24,000 nt of DNA from Anoxybacillus pushchinoensis (GTDB lineage Bacteria > Bacillota > Bacilli > Bacillales > Anoxybacillaceae): NCBI RefSeq assembly GCF_900111795.1, contig NZ_FOJQ01000011.1:15220-39219 (forward strand). The letters are read 5' to 3'. Below the pieces are notes generated by a model that was given only the letters and a program-made list of their open reading frames with translations, ran no database searches and was not told the origin of the DNA. Of this stretch, positions 9,257-19,926 are shown piece by piece. A program made the translations under genes and the position numbers. The first letter of the stretch is position 1; every line of letters begins with the position of its first letter.

Positions 9257-9282
9257 TAAAAAATAAGGAAGGTTTCCCTTCC
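9257..9282 (-). terminator. Rho-independent terminator after spoVK
   Basis: Minus-strand GGAAGG-GAAA-CCTTCC hairpin (plus 9267-9282) followed by TTATTTTTT. Confidence 0.55.
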
Positions 9283-9286
9283 CAAT

Positions 9287-10216
9287 TTATTCAACAACTA
9301 AATCACGTTCTCGTATGATCATGAGCTCCTTTTTGTCATAGCGTCCTTCATGTAGTAAACGTACCGCTTGTTTTCGAATTGCTTTTTCAATCAAGTTTCG
9401 AATGTAACGACCGTTACTAAACTTCCTTTGGCCCCCCTCTACCAGTAGCTGTTCAATATGTTCACGTAGTTTTCGTTCTGCTTCATTAGTAAGCTCGTAT
9501 TCTCTTATATGAAGCATTTGTTTTGCAATTTGTACAAGTTCCTCTGCTGTGTAATCAGGAAACTCAAGCATCAATGGAAAGCGTGACGGTAATCCTGGGT
9601 TGAGAGATAAAAAATAATCCATCTCAGCCGGATATCCTGCTAAAATCACAACTAAATCATCAGAAAAATCTTCGATTCCTTTTACTAACGTATCGATCGC
9701 TTCTTTTCCAAAATCTTTTTCCCCTCCACGTGCTAACGAATATGCTTCATCAATAAATAAAATTCCCCCGCGAGCCTTTTTAATTAAATCACGTGTTTTA
9801 TTTGCTGTATGACCGATGTATTCACCAACTAAATCGGCACGTTCTGCTTCAATAAAGTGTCCTTTGGATAACACGTTCATTTCTAAAAATAACTTCCCAA
9901 GAATACGAGCAACTGTTGTTTTTCCTGTACCTGGGTTCCCTTTAAAAATCATATGAAGCGATTGTTTATTTCCTTTTAATCCGTTCGCTTGACGTGCTTT
10001 ATTAATATATAACCATGCGTAAATTTCCTTAATTAATTTTTTCACTTCACTTAGTCCAACTAACTCATCTAGTTCCTTCTGAATCTCTTTCAATACTGCA
10101 TGTTGATGATAATCAATTCGATTGGCCGTTTCTTCTTTCGGTAAATAATTGACGTTTTTAGCATTAAGTACGATATTAATTTGACTTTTCGTTTGCTTCA
10201 TTGTCAACTCTGACAA
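9287..10216 (-). CDS. spoVK: Stage V sporulation protein K (AAA+ ATPase)
   Basis: 309 aa. Walker A is GNPGTGKTTVARILGKLF and Walker B is ILFIDEAYSL. The sequence closely resembles B. subtilis SpoVK as I recall it (…SLNPGLPSRFP…). The TTG start at 10216 has SD GGAGAGGTGA upstream. Confidence 0.9.
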   Translation of the reverse strand: MSELTMKQTKSQINIVLNAKNVNYLPKEETANRIDYHQHAVLKEIQKELDELVGLSEVKKLIKEIYAWLYINKARQANGLKGNKQSLHMIFKGNPGTGKTTVARILGKLFLEMNVLSKGHFIEAERADLVGEYIGHTANKTRDLIKKARGGILFIDEAYSLARGGEKDFGKEAIDTLVKGIEDFSDDLVVILAGYPAEMDYFLSLNPGLPSRFPLMLEFPDYTAEELVQIAKQMLHIREYELTNEAERKLREHIEQLLVEGGQRKFSNGRYIRNLIEKAIRKQAVRLLHEGRYDKKELMIIRERDLVVE

Positions 10217-10296
10217 GGCGACGTCACCTCTCCTTCACCGTTGCTTCTTTTACTAATATACGCTGTTCATATCCATTTCGTGACAAACGCCTAGCG

Positions 10297-10329
10297 AAAA
10301 AATCGCCCACCTCATTCGGTGAGCGATTT
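10297..10329 (-). terminator. Rho-independent terminator after hfq
   Basis: Minus-strand AAATCGCTCACC-GAATGA-GGTGGGCGATTT forms a 12-bp stem with one G-U pair and runs into a T-tract. It begins 4 nt after the hfq stop. Confidence 0.7.
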
Positions 10330-10332
10330 AGC

Positions 10333-10557
10333 TTACTCGATGTCAATTTTCACATTTTTTTGTGGCGCAAATGTGGAAATCGCATGTTTATAAATTAATT
10401 GTTGTTTCCCATCAACTTCCAATAACACAGTAAAATTGTCAAACCCTTTCACTAGACCACGCAATTGAAATCCATTTAACAAAAATACAGTAACCGTTGT
10501 TCCTTCCTTGCGCAACTGGTTTAAAAACTGATCTTGAATATTTATTGTGTTTTTCAT
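10333..10557 (-). CDS. hfq: RNA chaperone Hfq
   Basis: 74 aa. [46 protein letters not shown]… is the Sm-fold Hfq signature. It lies downstream of miaA, as in most bacteria. Confidence 0.95.
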   Translation of the reverse strand: MKNTINIQDQFLNQLRKEGTTVTVFLLNGFQLRGLVKGFDNFTVLLEVDGKQQLIYKHAISTFAPQKNVKIDIE

Positions 10558-10591
10558 TGCTTCGTCCTCCTCTTTTCTCTCTACATTACGT

Positions 10592-11527
10592 CTATATATT
10601 CGACTGAAAGCGAAACTTTCCTTCTATGCAATGCAAAATTTCATTTACTCGCACCGAAAACAGCGTATCATCCGTCATATCAAACCATTGAACAGGCATT
10701 TGATTGCGAAACCATGTCAATTGGCGCTTCGCATAGCGACGCGAGTTTTGCTTCAATTGTTCAATAGCTTCTTCTAGTGTGATAAGTCCATCTAAATACG
10801 AATACAACTCTTTATAACCGATCGCTTGGATGGCCTGACAATCGCGTACACCTTTTTCATGCAATCGTTTCACTTCTTCGATTAATCCTTGAGCAATCAT
10901 TTGATCTACCCGCTTATTAATACGCTCATATAATTTCTCACGTTCCATCGTCAGTCCAATAAGCGCTGCGTTATAGACGAGCTGCCGCTTTTGTTCTTTT
11001 AGCCATTCCGTCATCGTTTTTCCTGTACAATGGTAAATTTCTAATGCACGAATGACGCGACGAACATTATTTGGATGAATACGCTCGGCACTTATCGGAT
11101 CAATTTTTTTTAATTGTTCATAAAGTTCAATGGACGAACATCGTTCTAGCGATTGACGATACAAATCATTTGATGGAGCACTTGAAAATTGGTAATCATA
11201 GATGACAGATTGGATATATAGCCCTGTGCCTCCAACGATGATTGGAAGTTTTCCTCGATTCGTAATCTGTTGAATAAGCGATCGAGCAAGCGTCTGGAAT
11301 TCTGCAACGGAAAAAGATTCATCCGGCTCTTTTATATCAAGTAAATGATGCGGGATTCCTTCCATTTCTTCTCTTTGAATTTTTGCTGTTCCAATATCTA
11401 ATCCTCTGTACACTTGCATCGAGTCACCATTAATAATTTCCCCATCTAAACGCTTGGCCAACTCTATACTCATTTTCGTTTTCCCTACAGCCGTTGGTCC
11501 AATTAACACAACGACTTTCTCTCCCAT
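10592..11527 (-). CDS. miaA: tRNA dimethylallyltransferase
   Basis: 311 aa. P-loop GPTAVGKT, then …[15 protein letters not shown]… and …[11 protein letters not shown]. Confidence 0.95.
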   Translation of the reverse strand: MGEKVVVLIGPTAVGKTKMSIELAKRLDGEIINGDSMQVYRGLDIGTAKIQREEMEGIPHHLLDIKEPDESFSVAEFQTLARSLIQQITNRGKLPIIVGGTGLYIQSVIYDYQFSSAPSNDLYRQSLERCSSIELYEQLKKIDPISAERIHPNNVRRVIRALEIYHCTGKTMTEWLKEQKRQLVYNAALIGLTMEREKLYERINKRVDQMIAQGLIEEVKRLHEKGVRDCQAIQAIGYKELYSYLDGLITLEEAIEQLKQNSRRYAKRQLTWFRNQMPVQWFDMTDDTLFSVRVNEILHCIEGKFRFQSNI

Positions 11528-11753
11528 AAAACACCACTACTTTCCAATCTAGTTCACATTCACTTATTATAGACAAACGATGTACATTTTATCATCTATA
11601 TAGGTTGTAATAAAGAATTTCCGATCTCCATGTTCCGTCTTTATCACCTGACAAGCTGGCACGGTGACAAGAAGAGCGAACAATGCCATGTAAAACAAAA
11701 TTGCAACTTATATATTTCGAAAAAAATTTAGTCTTGGAAACAATGTATCCTCT

Positions 11754-13580
11754 TTACATGACACGTTTAAACATTTTTTCTAATTCATAAGTAGAAAAAT
11801 GAATAATAATTGGACGACCATGCGGGCATGTAAATGGATCGCTCGTTTTTCGCAACGATTCAAGCAACGCGAATATTTCGTCGCTACGTAAAAATTGATT
11901 CGCTTTAATGGATTGTTTACAGCTCATCATAATCGCAACTTTTTCACGCAACTGCTTCATATCGACTTTTTTCATCGTTAATACTTGTTGAATCATTTCT
12001 TCAATCATTGTCGCCTCTTCCCCTTTTGGAAACCATTGGGGATGGGAACGAACAATGAAACTGTTATGACCAAACGGCTCTAAAAATACGCCGCAAGCTG
12101 CTAATTCATCACGATGACTGTCAATAAGCAAATACTCACTTGATGAATAAGTGAACGTTAGTGGGATAAGCAACGGTTGCAACTCATTTGTGGCCGTTGC
12201 TAATTTTTCGCGAAAATATTCATATTTGATTCGCTCTTGAGCAGCATGTTGATCAATGATATACAATCCATTTTCATTTTGGGCTAAAATATACGTCCCG
12301 TGCATTTGTCCAATCGGATATAGCGGTGGAATACGCTCTTGATCTATTTCTTCGAGTTTTTCTACATGAGGTGGTTCCAGGCTCTCTACATTAAGTGACT
12401 CCGCATCCACATCGCTAGCACGTTTTTCGTTTTTCTCGAATGCGATTCGCTCATCTGCTTTCTTTGCTAGCTCACTGTATGAGATCGTTCGCTGTGGAAC
12501 AATGTTCGATTCTTTCACGACATGTTGAAACGAAAACGTTTGTTGCTCCGTCCTCGGCTTTTCTACCCGCGAGACAGTCACTTCAGGTATTAACGTCTTT
12601 TTTTGAAATACATCACGAATAGCGTGCTGAACAAGTTCGTTTAATTCGCCTTCCTTGCTAAAGCGTACTTCTAGCTTTGCCGGGTGAACATTCACATCTA
12701 CAAGGAGCGGATCCATAGCTATATTTAAAAATGCAATGGGATGTCGCCCGATCGGGAGAAGCGTATGATACCCTTCTTCAATTGCCTTGTATAACGGATA
12801 ATTTTTTACATATCGACCATTTACAATCGTTGTCATATAATTGCGAGAAGCGCGCGTCACCTCTGGCAACGAAACATAGCCATCAATCGTAAAATCAATC
12901 GTTTCAGCGTGAATGGCAACCATTTTTTTTGCAACCTCAAATCCGTAAATCGCAGCTAACACTTGTCGCACATCACCATTTCCGTTCGTATAAAACAGTT
13001 GTTTTCCATTATGTGTCAAACGAAATGAAATGTGTGGATGGGCAAGCGCCAAACGGTTCATCACATCAACAATATGCCCTAGTTCCGTATGAATCGTTTT
13101 CATATACTTTAAGCGAGCTGGCGTATTGAAAAATAAGTGTGAAACAATAATATCCGTTCCTTTTCGACTGCTCGTCCGACCGCTCTGTATAAGTTCTCCA
13201 CCTTTCAACACAACAAACGTTCCTGGACGTTCACCCGTGCTCGTTTTTAATTCTAAATGCGAGACGGATGCAATACTTGGTAAAGCTTCCCCTCTAAAAC
13301 CAAGCGTACGAATGCGGAACAAATCCGCCTCATCTTTAATTTTGCTCGTTGCATGTCGTTCAAACGCTAAAAAACAATCTTCTTCCTCTAATCCATCTCC
13401 ATTGTCAACAACGCGAATTTTCGTTAGTCCCGCCTCTTCTAACTCCACCTCAATGATTGTGCTATGGGCATCAATCGCATTTTCAACAAGCTCTTTTACA
13501 ACGGAGGCTGGCCGCTCAACAACTTCCCCCGCCGCAATTTTATTCGCTAACGCATCATCGAGCTTACGAATTTTCCCCAC
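11754..13580 (-). CDS. mutL: DNA mismatch repair endonuclease MutL
   Basis: 608 aa. The GHKL ATPase N-terminus is [36 protein letters not shown]. The C-terminal endonuclease region includes CPHGRP. The GTG start at 13580 has SD AAAGGAGGG. Confidence 0.95.
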   Translation of the reverse strand: MGKIRKLDDALANKIAAGEVVERPASVVKELVENAIDAHSTIIEVELEEAGLTKIRVVDNGDGLEEEDCFLAFERHATSKIKDEADLFRIRTLGFRGEALPSIASVSHLELKTSTGERPGTFVVLKGGELIQSGRTSSRKGTDIIVSHLFFNTPARLKYMKTIHTELGHIVDVMNRLALAHPHISFRLTHNGKQLFYTNGNGDVRQVLAAIYGFEVAKKMVAIHAETIDFTIDGYVSLPEVTRASRNYMTTIVNGRYVKNYPLYKAIEEGYHTLLPIGRHPIAFLNIAMDPLLVDVNVHPAKLEVRFSKEGELNELVQHAIRDVFQKKTLIPEVTVSRVEKPRTEQQTFSFQHVVKESNIVPQRTISYSELAKKADERIAFEKNEKRASDVDAESLNVESLEPPHVEKLEEIDQERIPPLYPIGQMHGTYILAQNENGLYIIDQHAAQERIKYEYFREKLATATNELQPLLIPLTFTYSSSEYLLIDSHRDELAACGVFLEPFGHNSFIVRSHPQWFPKGEEATMIEEMIQQVLTMKKVDMKQLREKVAIMMSCKQSIKANQFLRSDEIFALLESLRKTSDPFTCPHGRPIIIHFSTYELEKMFKRVM

Positions 13581-13593
13581 GTTTTCCCTCCTT

Positions 13594-16158
13594 TCATTTT
13601 AGCAGTTTTTGAATTTCGTATAGTTTATTCATTGCTTCAAGCGGTGTCATATCAAGCAAGTTGATGGATTGAATACGCTTGATCACTTCCTTTTCTTTTT
13701 TAGATACGCTCGAACGTGTTTCATCGTTTGTTTCAAGAAATATGCTTAACTGTTGAAACTCTTCTTCCTTTTCTTTTACAACGGGAGCTGTATTTGTTTC
13801 AAACTCGTGTAAAATTTGTTCCGCTCGCTTAATTAAATCAAACGGCAACTTGGCTAATTGTGCGACATGAATGCCATAACTTTTATCAGCTGGACCCTCT
13901 TTAATTTTATGCAAAAAAATGACGGTTCCATTTTCCTCAATGGCACTAACGTGAACATTTTTCAAACGCGGCAATTGTTTTTCAAGCGCTGTTAATTCAT
14001 GATAATGAGTGCTAAACAATGTTTTCGCACCAATTCGATCGTGGATGTATTCAATCATCGCTTGAGCGAGCGCCATGCCATCGTATGTGGATGTTCCACG
14101 TCCAATTTCATCAAATAACACAAGGCTATTTTGTGTCGCGTGCACGATGGCGTTACGTGCCTCTAACATTTCAACCATAAATGTACTTTGGCCTGCGACT
14201 AAATCATCAGCCGCCCCGATACGCGTAAACACTTGATCAAAAATAGGTAATATCGCTTCTTCTGCTGGGACAAAACAGCCAATTTGCGCCATAATAGCTG
14301 TTAATGCAATTTGACGCATATATGTGCTTTTTCCAGACATATTTGGTCCTGTAATAAGTAACATTTCTCGTTCGGCATCCATATAGCAATCGTTCGGAAC
14401 GTATACGTTAGATCCTAGCACTTTTTCGACAACAGGATGTCGTCCTTGCTGAATGACAAGGCGGCGATCATGGGAAAACTGCGGTCTACAGTAGTTATAT
14501 TTTTCACTCACCGTAGCAAAACATTGTATCACATCTAATTGACTAATGTATTTAGCTAATTTTTGTAAACGCACAATATATTGTTTTACTTGTTCGCGAA
14601 TAGAAACAAACAGCTCATATTCTAACTCTATACTCTTTTCTTCTGCTTCTAAAATAAGTGCTTCTTTTTCTTTCAGCTCTTTCGTCACAAATCGTTCGGC
14701 GTTAGCTAACGTTTGTTTGCGCTCATATCGTCCTTCCGGCAACAAATGTAGGTTCGCTTTTGTTACTTCGATATAGTATCCAAACACTCGGTTATAACCA
14801 ATCTTTAACGATTTAATTCCAGTTAATTCCCGCTCCCTCGTCTCTAACTGCGCGATCCACGTTTTTCCATTTCGACTTGCATCTCGAAATCGATCGAGCG
14901 CTTCGTTATAACCATCTTTAATGATGCCCCCCTCTCTCACGGAAAGAGGTGGATTTTCCTCAATCGCTTCTTCTAACAATCGAACAAGATCCTCGCATGC
15001 GTCCAAATGTTGAGCAAAGGCTTGAACATGTTCATCATGAATTTGCATAAGAAGAGTAGAAATCATTGGCACTTGCTTTAACGATTTTTTTAATTGAATT
15101 AAATCGCGCGCGTTAACATTCCCAAATGCTACACGCCCAGCTAATCGTTCTAAATCATATACCCCACGAAGATGCTCGCGCAATTCTTGACGTTCAAAAT
15201 AGCTTATCTGAAGTTGTTCAACAAGATGCAACCGCTGCTCAATTTTTTCACGGTCTAACAACGGACGGTCAATCCATTGCTTAAGCAATCGCCCCCCCAT
15301 CGCTGTCATCGTTTCATCAAGAAGCCAAAAAAGTGAGCCGTTTTTTCCTTTCGCACGAATCGTTTCAGTTAACTCTAAGTTTCGTTTGGAGTACACATCA
15401 ATTTTCATATACGCATCCACTTCATACAATTCTACTGGCTGCAAATGAGCTAAACTCCGCTTTTGTGTTTTGATTAAATAGTTGAACAGTCGTCCACATG
15501 TCACTAATAATTTTTCTTGCTTCAAGTGGGATACAATAGATTGACAAGCATTCGGAATCGTTGTTTCATCTTCGCATGAAATCGTCAAAGCATATCGTTC
15601 CTGCAAAAATTGACATTGCTCTTTATACGCTGTCGCAACAACTAATTCTTTTGTTCCGATGGAGTAAATCTCGTTCAATACATCTTCGAACGAATGGAGC
15701 AACGTCATCCGGCTTTCCCCTGTTGTTAAGTCAGCATAAGCAATACCATACGTACCATCTTCAAATGATGTTAGTGAGGCTAAATAGTTGTTCGCTTTCT
15801 CTTCCAGTTGCTTCCCTTCCATGACTGTTCCAGGGGTAATGAGCTGAACAACTTCCCGACGCACAACTCCTTTCGCTGTTTTTGGATCTTCAACTTGTTC
15901 ACAAATAGCAACTTTATATCCTTTTTCAATTAAACGTTCAATATACATGGCGGCAGAATGATAAGGCACCCCGCACATCGGCACTCGCTCTTCTCCACCA
16001 CCATCCCGACTTGTAAGAGTAATTTCTAACTCTTGTGATGCTTTAATCGCATCATCAAAAAACATTTCATAAAAATCACCGAGACGAAAAAAAAGAAATG
16101 CGTCTTTATATTGTGACTTAATTGCTAAATATTGTTGAATCATTGGTGTATAAGTCAT
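13594..16158 (-). CDS. mutS: DNA mismatch repair protein MutS
   Basis: [33 protein letters not shown]…, with Walker [11 protein letters not shown] set the start at the second of two tandem ATGs (16158), 7 nt after GGAGG. The ATG at 16161 is equally possible. The track's TTG at 16179 has no SD. Confidence 0.95.
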   Translation of the reverse strand: MTYTPMIQQYLAIKSQYKDAFLFFRLGDFYEMFFDDAIKASQELEITLTSRDGGGEERVPMCGVPYHSAAMYIERLIEKGYKVAICEQVEDPKTAKGVVRREVVQLITPGTVMEGKQLEEKANNYLASLTSFEDGTYGIAYADLTTGESRMTLLHSFEDVLNEIYSIGTKELVVATAYKEQCQFLQERYALTISCEDETTIPNACQSIVSHLKQEKLLVTCGRLFNYLIKTQKRSLAHLQPVELYEVDAYMKIDVYSKRNLELTETIRAKGKNGSLFWLLDETMTAMGGRLLKQWIDRPLLDREKIEQRLHLVEQLQISYFERQELREHLRGVYDLERLAGRVAFGNVNARDLIQLKKSLKQVPMISTLLMQIHDEHVQAFAQHLDACEDLVRLLEEAIEENPPLSVREGGIIKDGYNEALDRFRDASRNGKTWIAQLETRERELTGIKSLKIGYNRVFGYYIEVTKANLHLLPEGRYERKQTLANAERFVTKELKEKEALILEAEEKSIELEYELFVSIREQVKQYIVRLQKLAKYISQLDVIQCFATVSEKYNYCRPQFSHDRRLVIQQGRHPVVEKVLGSNVYVPNDCYMDAEREMLLITGPNMSGKSTYMRQIALTAIMAQIGCFVPAEEAILPIFDQVFTRIGAADDLVAGQSTFMVEMLEARNAIVHATQNSLVLFDEIGRGTSTYDGMALAQAMIEYIHDRIGAKTLFSTHYHELTALEKQLPRLKNVHVSAIEENGTVIFLHKIKEGPADKSYGIHVAQLAKLPFDLIKRAEQILHEFETNTAPVVKEKEEEFQQLSIFLETNDETRSSVSKKEKEVIKRIQSINLLDMTPLEAMNKLYEIQKLLK

Positions 16159-16195
16159 CATCTTTCCTCCAACACCCAAAATATTGACTTCAATT

Positions 16196-16204
16196 ATTAT
16201 AACA
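16196..16204 (-). promoter_or_regulatory. Candidate extended -10 element (TGTTATAAT) for mutSL
   Basis: The minus strand reads TGtTATAAT about 35 nt upstream of the mutS ATG, directly after the cotE terminator. No good -35 is present. Confidence 0.3.
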
Positions 16205-16205
16205 A

Positions 16206-16241
16206 AAATAAAAACTAGGAAGAATAAACTTCCTAGTTTTT
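16206..16241 (-). terminator. Rho-independent terminator of cotE; the stop codon lies inside the stem
   Basis: Minus-strand AAAAACTAGGAAG-TTTATT-CTTCCTAGTTTTT forms a 13-bp stem followed by ATTTTTGTT. Confidence 0.65.
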
Positions 16242-16769
16242 ATTGCTTCCTTCTTGAAGAAGCTCCTCGTCTAACTGTTCTAATTCCGCGTCAATGTCTT
16301 CATCGACTTCGTCTGGTGACGTATCAACTACTGCAATACGAACCTTTGTTTCTCCGACGACTTCTGCTACAAACTCTCGCTCCACTTCAACAGTTACTTT
16401 ATTCCCCGTTGGGGCAATCGTACATTCTAGACAATTTGGTTGTTGCACAACGCGCGCAATGACCTCTTGTTCTTCACTAATAAGCTCTTCGTTCCGATAC
16501 TTTAATGGAATTACATCTGTGTACGACACCGTTTCTGTCAACACTTCCGTTTTCGTATTATCGTTGTATGAGTACCACACGTTTACATCATACTTCCCAT
16601 GAATTTCAACACTACGATCTACTTTTTTTGCTTCATACCGATGGTTAATGATCCAGCAACCGAGCACGCTCGTTGGACGATGTTGTGCAGAAACCGTATG
16701 CGTTGACTGCGTAAACTTCCGCCCTTTTCCCACAACCGCCTTCGTAATAATCTCTCTGTATTCAGACAT
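16233..16769 (-). CDS. cotE: Spore outer-coat morphogenetic protein CotE
   Basis: [25 protein letters not shown]…[11 protein letters not shown]…[35 protein letters not shown], plus an acidic C-terminal tail. The sequence closely resembles B. subtilis CotE as I recall it. I set the start at the ATG at 16769, which has SD GAGGAGGG at an 8-nt spacing. Confidence 0.92.
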   Translation of the reverse strand: MSEYREIITKAVVGKGRKFTQSTHTVSAQHRPTSVLGCWIINHRYEAKKVDRSVEIHGKYDVNVWYSYNDNTKTEVLTETVSYTDVIPLKYRNEELISEEQEVIARVVQQPNCLECTIAPTGNKVTVEVEREFVAEVVGETKVRIAVVDTSPDEVDEDIDAELEQLDEELLQEGSNKN

Positions 16770-16864
16770 GGAACAAACCCTCCTCAAAAAATGCATTGTT
16801 CATTCTATCCTATGCACTAGTAACCAAAAAGTGTACAATAAAAAACAATCATTCCGTATAGTTC

Positions 16865-16891
16865 ATTGTATGCAGCGGATGAGAAATATGT
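16865..16891 (-). promoter_or_regulatory. Candidate sigma-E-type sporulation promoter for cotE
   Basis: The minus strand reads ACATATT, 12 nt, then CATACAAT. The -10 matches the sigma-E consensus CATACAnT exactly. A second CATAGGATA (plus 16806-16814) resembles a sigma-K -10 (CATAnnnTA). B. subtilis cotE is known to have two mother-cell promoters. Confidence 0.4.
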
Positions 16892-16901
16892 ACAAAAACA
16901 T

Positions 16902-16930
16902 AAAAAAGAGCCCATGTAAAATGGACTCTT
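16902..16930 (-). terminator. Rho-independent terminator after ricA
   Basis: Minus-strand AAGAGTCCAT-TTTAC-ATGGGCTCTT forms a 10-bp stem with one G-U pair, followed by TTTTTT. It begins at the ricA stop codon. Confidence 0.6.
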
Positions 16931-17361
16931 TAATGGCAATGACCACAATGACTATGCTTCACTTGAGCTCCTGTTTCCCCGCGCAGCACGTCGCCACCCG
17001 TCGATGTAATAATTTCATCCGTCACCGTCTTTGAAATGGTCGAAGCAACAAGCTGCAACAAATCATTAATTTCTACTTGTGATTGTTTGAATTGCTCTAC
17101 AATTGGAATGTCTGATAGTTGCTCATATATGTCATCAATTTGCGCTTCAACTTTTTTTAACGCCTCAGTCTTTCCGTAATGTTGTAAATTTACAGCTTGT
17201 TTTTGTAAAGACTTAATTTTAGTGATCATCGTACGCACTTTTTCATTTTCATGAATTTTTGCCTCTGCCTGTTTAAAAATCTCAACTTCTTCCGTTTCAG
17301 CGATCATTTTAGCTAACTCTCTTGCTTTTTGTACGATCTCATCTTTCGTATATTTCGCCAC
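16930..17361 (-). CDS. ricA: RicA (YmcA), subunit of the RicAFT Fe-S regulatory complex
   Basis: 143 aa. MAKYTKDEIVQKARELAKMIAETEEVEIFKQAEAKIHENEKV…EIITSTGGDVLRGETG is the YmcA/UPF0342 family pattern. It sits between miaB (ymcB) and cotE, as in B. subtilis. The GTG start at 17361 has SD GAGGTGA. Confidence 0.85.
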   Translation of the reverse strand: MAKYTKDEIVQKARELAKMIAETEEVEIFKQAEAKIHENEKVRTMITKIKSLQKQAVNLQHYGKTEALKKVEAQIDDIYEQLSDIPIVEQFKQSQVEINDLLQLVASTISKTVTDEIITSTGGDVLRGETGAQVKHSHCGHCH

Positions 17362-17380
17362 GTTATTTCACCTCAATCGC

Positions 17381-18943
17381 TTATTCTACCATTTCTCCGT
17401 TTAATGTCCATGTTTTCGCTTCAGTAATCCGCACGTTTACAAGTTGACCGATCGCAGACTTTGGACCAATAAAATTAACAAGTTTGTTTTTGCGCGTGTA
17501 TCCTGCAAGAACATTCGGGTTGTTTTTGCTTTCTCCCTCTACTAATACTTCGACAACTTGTCCTTCATATTCCTTCATTTTTTTCGCAGAAATTTCGTTG
17601 ACTAATGCATTTAACCGTTGCAGACGTTCTTTTTTCACTTCCATCGGTACGTTATCAACCATTTTTGCTGCTGGCGTCCCTTCACGCGGCGAGTAAATGA
17701 ACGTAAACGCAGAATCAAATTCAACTTCGCGATATAACGACAACGTTTCTTCAAATTGCTCGTCCGTCTCATTTGGGAAACCGACAATAATATCTGTCGT
17801 GAGTGCCACACCTGGAATCGCCTCTTTAATTTTACGAACAAGCTCTAAATATTGTTCACGTGTATATTTCCGTGCCATCATTTTTAACACTTCGCTACTT
17901 CCAGATTGGACTGGTAAGTGAATATGCTCGACTAAATTTCCACCTTTCGCCAACACCTCGATTAAATGATCGTCAAAATCGCGCGGATGACTTGTTGTGA
18001 AACGAATGCGTGGAATATCGATCTTGCGCAATTCATCCATTAAATGGCCAAGACCGTATTTCATATCAGTAAAATCTTTTCCATATGCGTTGACGTTTTG
18101 ACCTAAAAGAGTAATTTCTTTATATCCTTGTGCCGCTAAATGACGTACTTCTTGAATAATATCTTCTGGACGACGGCTTCGCTCTTTTCCTCGCGTATAC
18201 GGAACGATACAGTACGTACAAAACTTATCGCAGCCGTACATAATGTTAACCCATGCTTTAATGTTCCCTTTCCGCACTTTTGGTAAATTCTCGATGACAT
18301 CGCCTTCCTTTGACCAAACTTCTACAACCATTTCTTTTGACATATACGCTTCTTTCAAAATGTAAGGAAGGCGGTGAATGTTATGAGTACCAAAAATCAT
18401 GTCAACATATTGGAACTGCTTTAAAATTTTATTAACAACCGACTCCTCTTGTGACATACAGCCACATACCCCGAGCAATAAGTCTGGGTTGTTTTGCTTA
18501 AGAGGTTTTAAGTGGCCGATTTCCCCAAACACTTTATTTTCCGCGTTTTCACGAATTGCACACGTATTTAACAAAATGACATTGGCATCTTCAGGACGAT
18601 CCGTTGGCTCATAGCCGAGAGCCATAAAAATTCCCGCCATCACTTCTGTATCGTGTTCATTCATTTGACAGCCGTACGTACGAATATAAAACTTTCGCCC
18701 ATTCCCCATGCCGCGGAATTCTTCAGGAATAGAAAAATCTTTATGATATTTCACTTCCTCTTTTCCCCGTTTTTTCGCTTCCTTCAGAGACGGTGGGACA
18801 AATACAGTCGAAAAATATTTTTCATAGTCTTGGCTCGTTTTTTGCTTCAAGCGATGTAAATTCTCATCCAAGGCGGATTTTTTGTCCGTTGGATGATCTG
18901 TTTCAATTTGTGCTGTGTACTGTAAACGTTGTTTTTCGTTCAT
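17381..18943 (-). CDS. miaB: tRNA-i6A37 methylthiotransferase MiaB (radical SAM)
   Basis: 520 aa. The UPF0004 domain is [14 protein letters not shown], the radical-SAM motif is [11 protein letters not shown], and a C-terminal TRAM domain is present. SD AAAGGAG lies 7 nt upstream of the ATG. Confidence 0.93.
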   Translation of the reverse strand: MNEKQRLQYTAQIETDHPTDKKSALDENLHRLKQKTSQDYEKYFSTVFVPPSLKEAKKRGKEEVKYHKDFSIPEEFRGMGNGRKFYIRTYGCQMNEHDTEVMAGIFMALGYEPTDRPEDANVILLNTCAIRENAENKVFGEIGHLKPLKQNNPDLLLGVCGCMSQEESVVNKILKQFQYVDMIFGTHNIHRLPYILKEAYMSKEMVVEVWSKEGDVIENLPKVRKGNIKAWVNIMYGCDKFCTYCIVPYTRGKERSRRPEDIIQEVRHLAAQGYKEITLLGQNVNAYGKDFTDMKYGLGHLMDELRKIDIPRIRFTTSHPRDFDDHLIEVLAKGGNLVEHIHLPVQSGSSEVLKMMARKYTREQYLELVRKIKEAIPGVALTTDIIVGFPNETDEQFEETLSLYREVEFDSAFTFIYSPREGTPAAKMVDNVPMEVKKERLQRLNALVNEISAKKMKEYEGQVVEVLVEGESKNNPNVLAGYTRKNKLVNFIGPKSAIGQLVNVRITEAKTWTLNGEMVE

Positions 18944-18984
18944 CGGTATTCTCCTTTCTTTTGTTCATAGATGCACACTAACAT

Positions 18985-19013
18985 AGTATATTATTTTCCG
19001 AGCGTTTAAACAA
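18985..19013 (-). promoter_or_regulatory. Candidate sigma-A promoter TTGTTT-17-TATACT for miaB-ricA
   Basis: Read on the minus strand between the korB terminator and miaB. The -10 lies about 40 nt upstream of the ATG. Confidence 0.3.
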
Positions 19014-19023
19014 TGTTTTTCCA

Positions 19024-19056
19024 TAAAAAAGAGGATGGTTTTCACCACCCTCTTTT
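19024..19056 (-). terminator. Rho-independent terminator after korB
   Basis: Minus-strand AGAGGGTGG-TGAAAA-CCATCCTCT stem followed by TTTTTT, starting 2 nt after the TAG stop. Confidence 0.7.
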
Positions 19057-19057
19057 T

Positions 19058-19924
19058 CTACATAAACTCCGCAACAAGTTGATCGAATTTTTCTTTACTG
19101 ATTGTTAAATCCGCTTCTGTCAATGGTTTCTCGCTATAACCTGGCACAAGGTCTTGGTACGATTGACGTTCTTTGTTTTGATAAATGAGCCCTGTCACAA
19201 GTCCTTTATGCTTCATTAACGTTTGCATCGCCATCTCTCGGTTAGATGGGTCATATCCTTCGATCGAGCTTAAGCTCGTTAAATTGTCTTTAAACCAATC
19301 ATAAGTGTTCACTTTGTTGTATGTGACGCACGGGCTAAACACGTTAATGAGCGAAAAGCCTTTATGCTTTATACCTTCCTCGATTAGCTGCGTCAACTCT
19401 TTTAAGTCACTAGAAAAGCTTTGGGCGACGAATGTTGCCCCAGCTGTTAACGCCATTTCCATAACCGATAGGGCTGGTTCTACTGAGCCTTGAGGCGTAC
19501 TCTTCGTTTTAAAACCAACCTCACTGCGCGGAGATGTTTGTCCTTTTGTCAAGCCGTAAATTTGGTTATCCATAACGATGTACGTAATGTCGATATTGCG
19601 TCGAATCGCGTGAATCGTGTGACCCATTCCAATCGCAAATCCGTCGCCATCACCACCAGCCGCAATGACAGTTAAGTCGCGATTTGCCATTTTTACCCCT
19701 TGAGCAATTGGGAGGGCACGGCCGTGCACACCGTGAAAACCGTATGAGTTAATGTAACCAGAAATACGACCGGAACAACCGATACCAGATACAACAACTA
19801 GTTCGTGTGGTTCAAGTCCAACGTTAGCGGCAGCACGTTGAATCGCTGCTTGCACGGAAAAGTCGCCACAACCTGGACACCAGTTCGGTTTAATGTTATT
19901 ACGGAAATCTTTAAATGTCGCCAT
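19058..19924 (-). CDS. korB: 2-oxoacid (2-oxoglutarate):ferredoxin oxidoreductase, beta subunit (TPP-binding)
   Basis: MATFKDFRNNIKPNWCPGCGDFSV…GGDGDGFAIG is the TPP motif. I set the start at the ATG at 19924, 2 nt after the korA stop, with AAGGAG upstream. Confidence 0.9.
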   Translation of the reverse strand: MATFKDFRNNIKPNWCPGCGDFSVQAAIQRAAANVGLEPHELVVVSGIGCSGRISGYINSYGFHGVHGRALPIAQGVKMANRDLTVIAAGGDGDGFAIGMGHTIHAIRRNIDITYIVMDNQIYGLTKGQTSPRSEVGFKTKSTPQGSVEPALSVMEMALTAGATFVAQSFSSDLKELTQLIEEGIKHKGFSLINVFSPCVTYNKVNTYDWFKDNLTSLSSIEGYDPSNREMAMQTLMKHKGLVTGLIYQNKERQSYQDLVPGYSEKPLTEADLTISKEKFDQLVAEFM

Positions 19925-19926
19925 GT

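Noticed and set aside
10217-10296. Attempt to assign a sigma-E or sigma-K promoter upstream of spoVK
   Set aside because: The only AT-rich candidates (GGATATG … TATATTAGT) do not match CATACAnT or CATAnnnTA well enough to report.
13126-13602. Long antisense or shadow ORFs inside real genes, for example 13126-13602 (+), 1582-1989 (+), 5159-5617 (+), 16294-16602 (+), 16648-17034 (+) and 4283-4549 (+)
   Set aside because: All lie opposite to, or out of frame with, strongly supported genes. They have low-complexity Ser/Thr/Arg-rich composition, no SD and no recognisable domains. They are typical shadow frames.
16770-16796. Upstream in-frame starts that extend track ORFs: cot[10 protein letters not shown]; also mutS TTG at 16179, korB ATG at 19945, and dipeptidase ATG at 22828
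   Set aside because: None has a Shine-Dalgarno sequence. The internal starts have good SDs and reproduce the N-termini of the B. subtilis homologues as I recall them.
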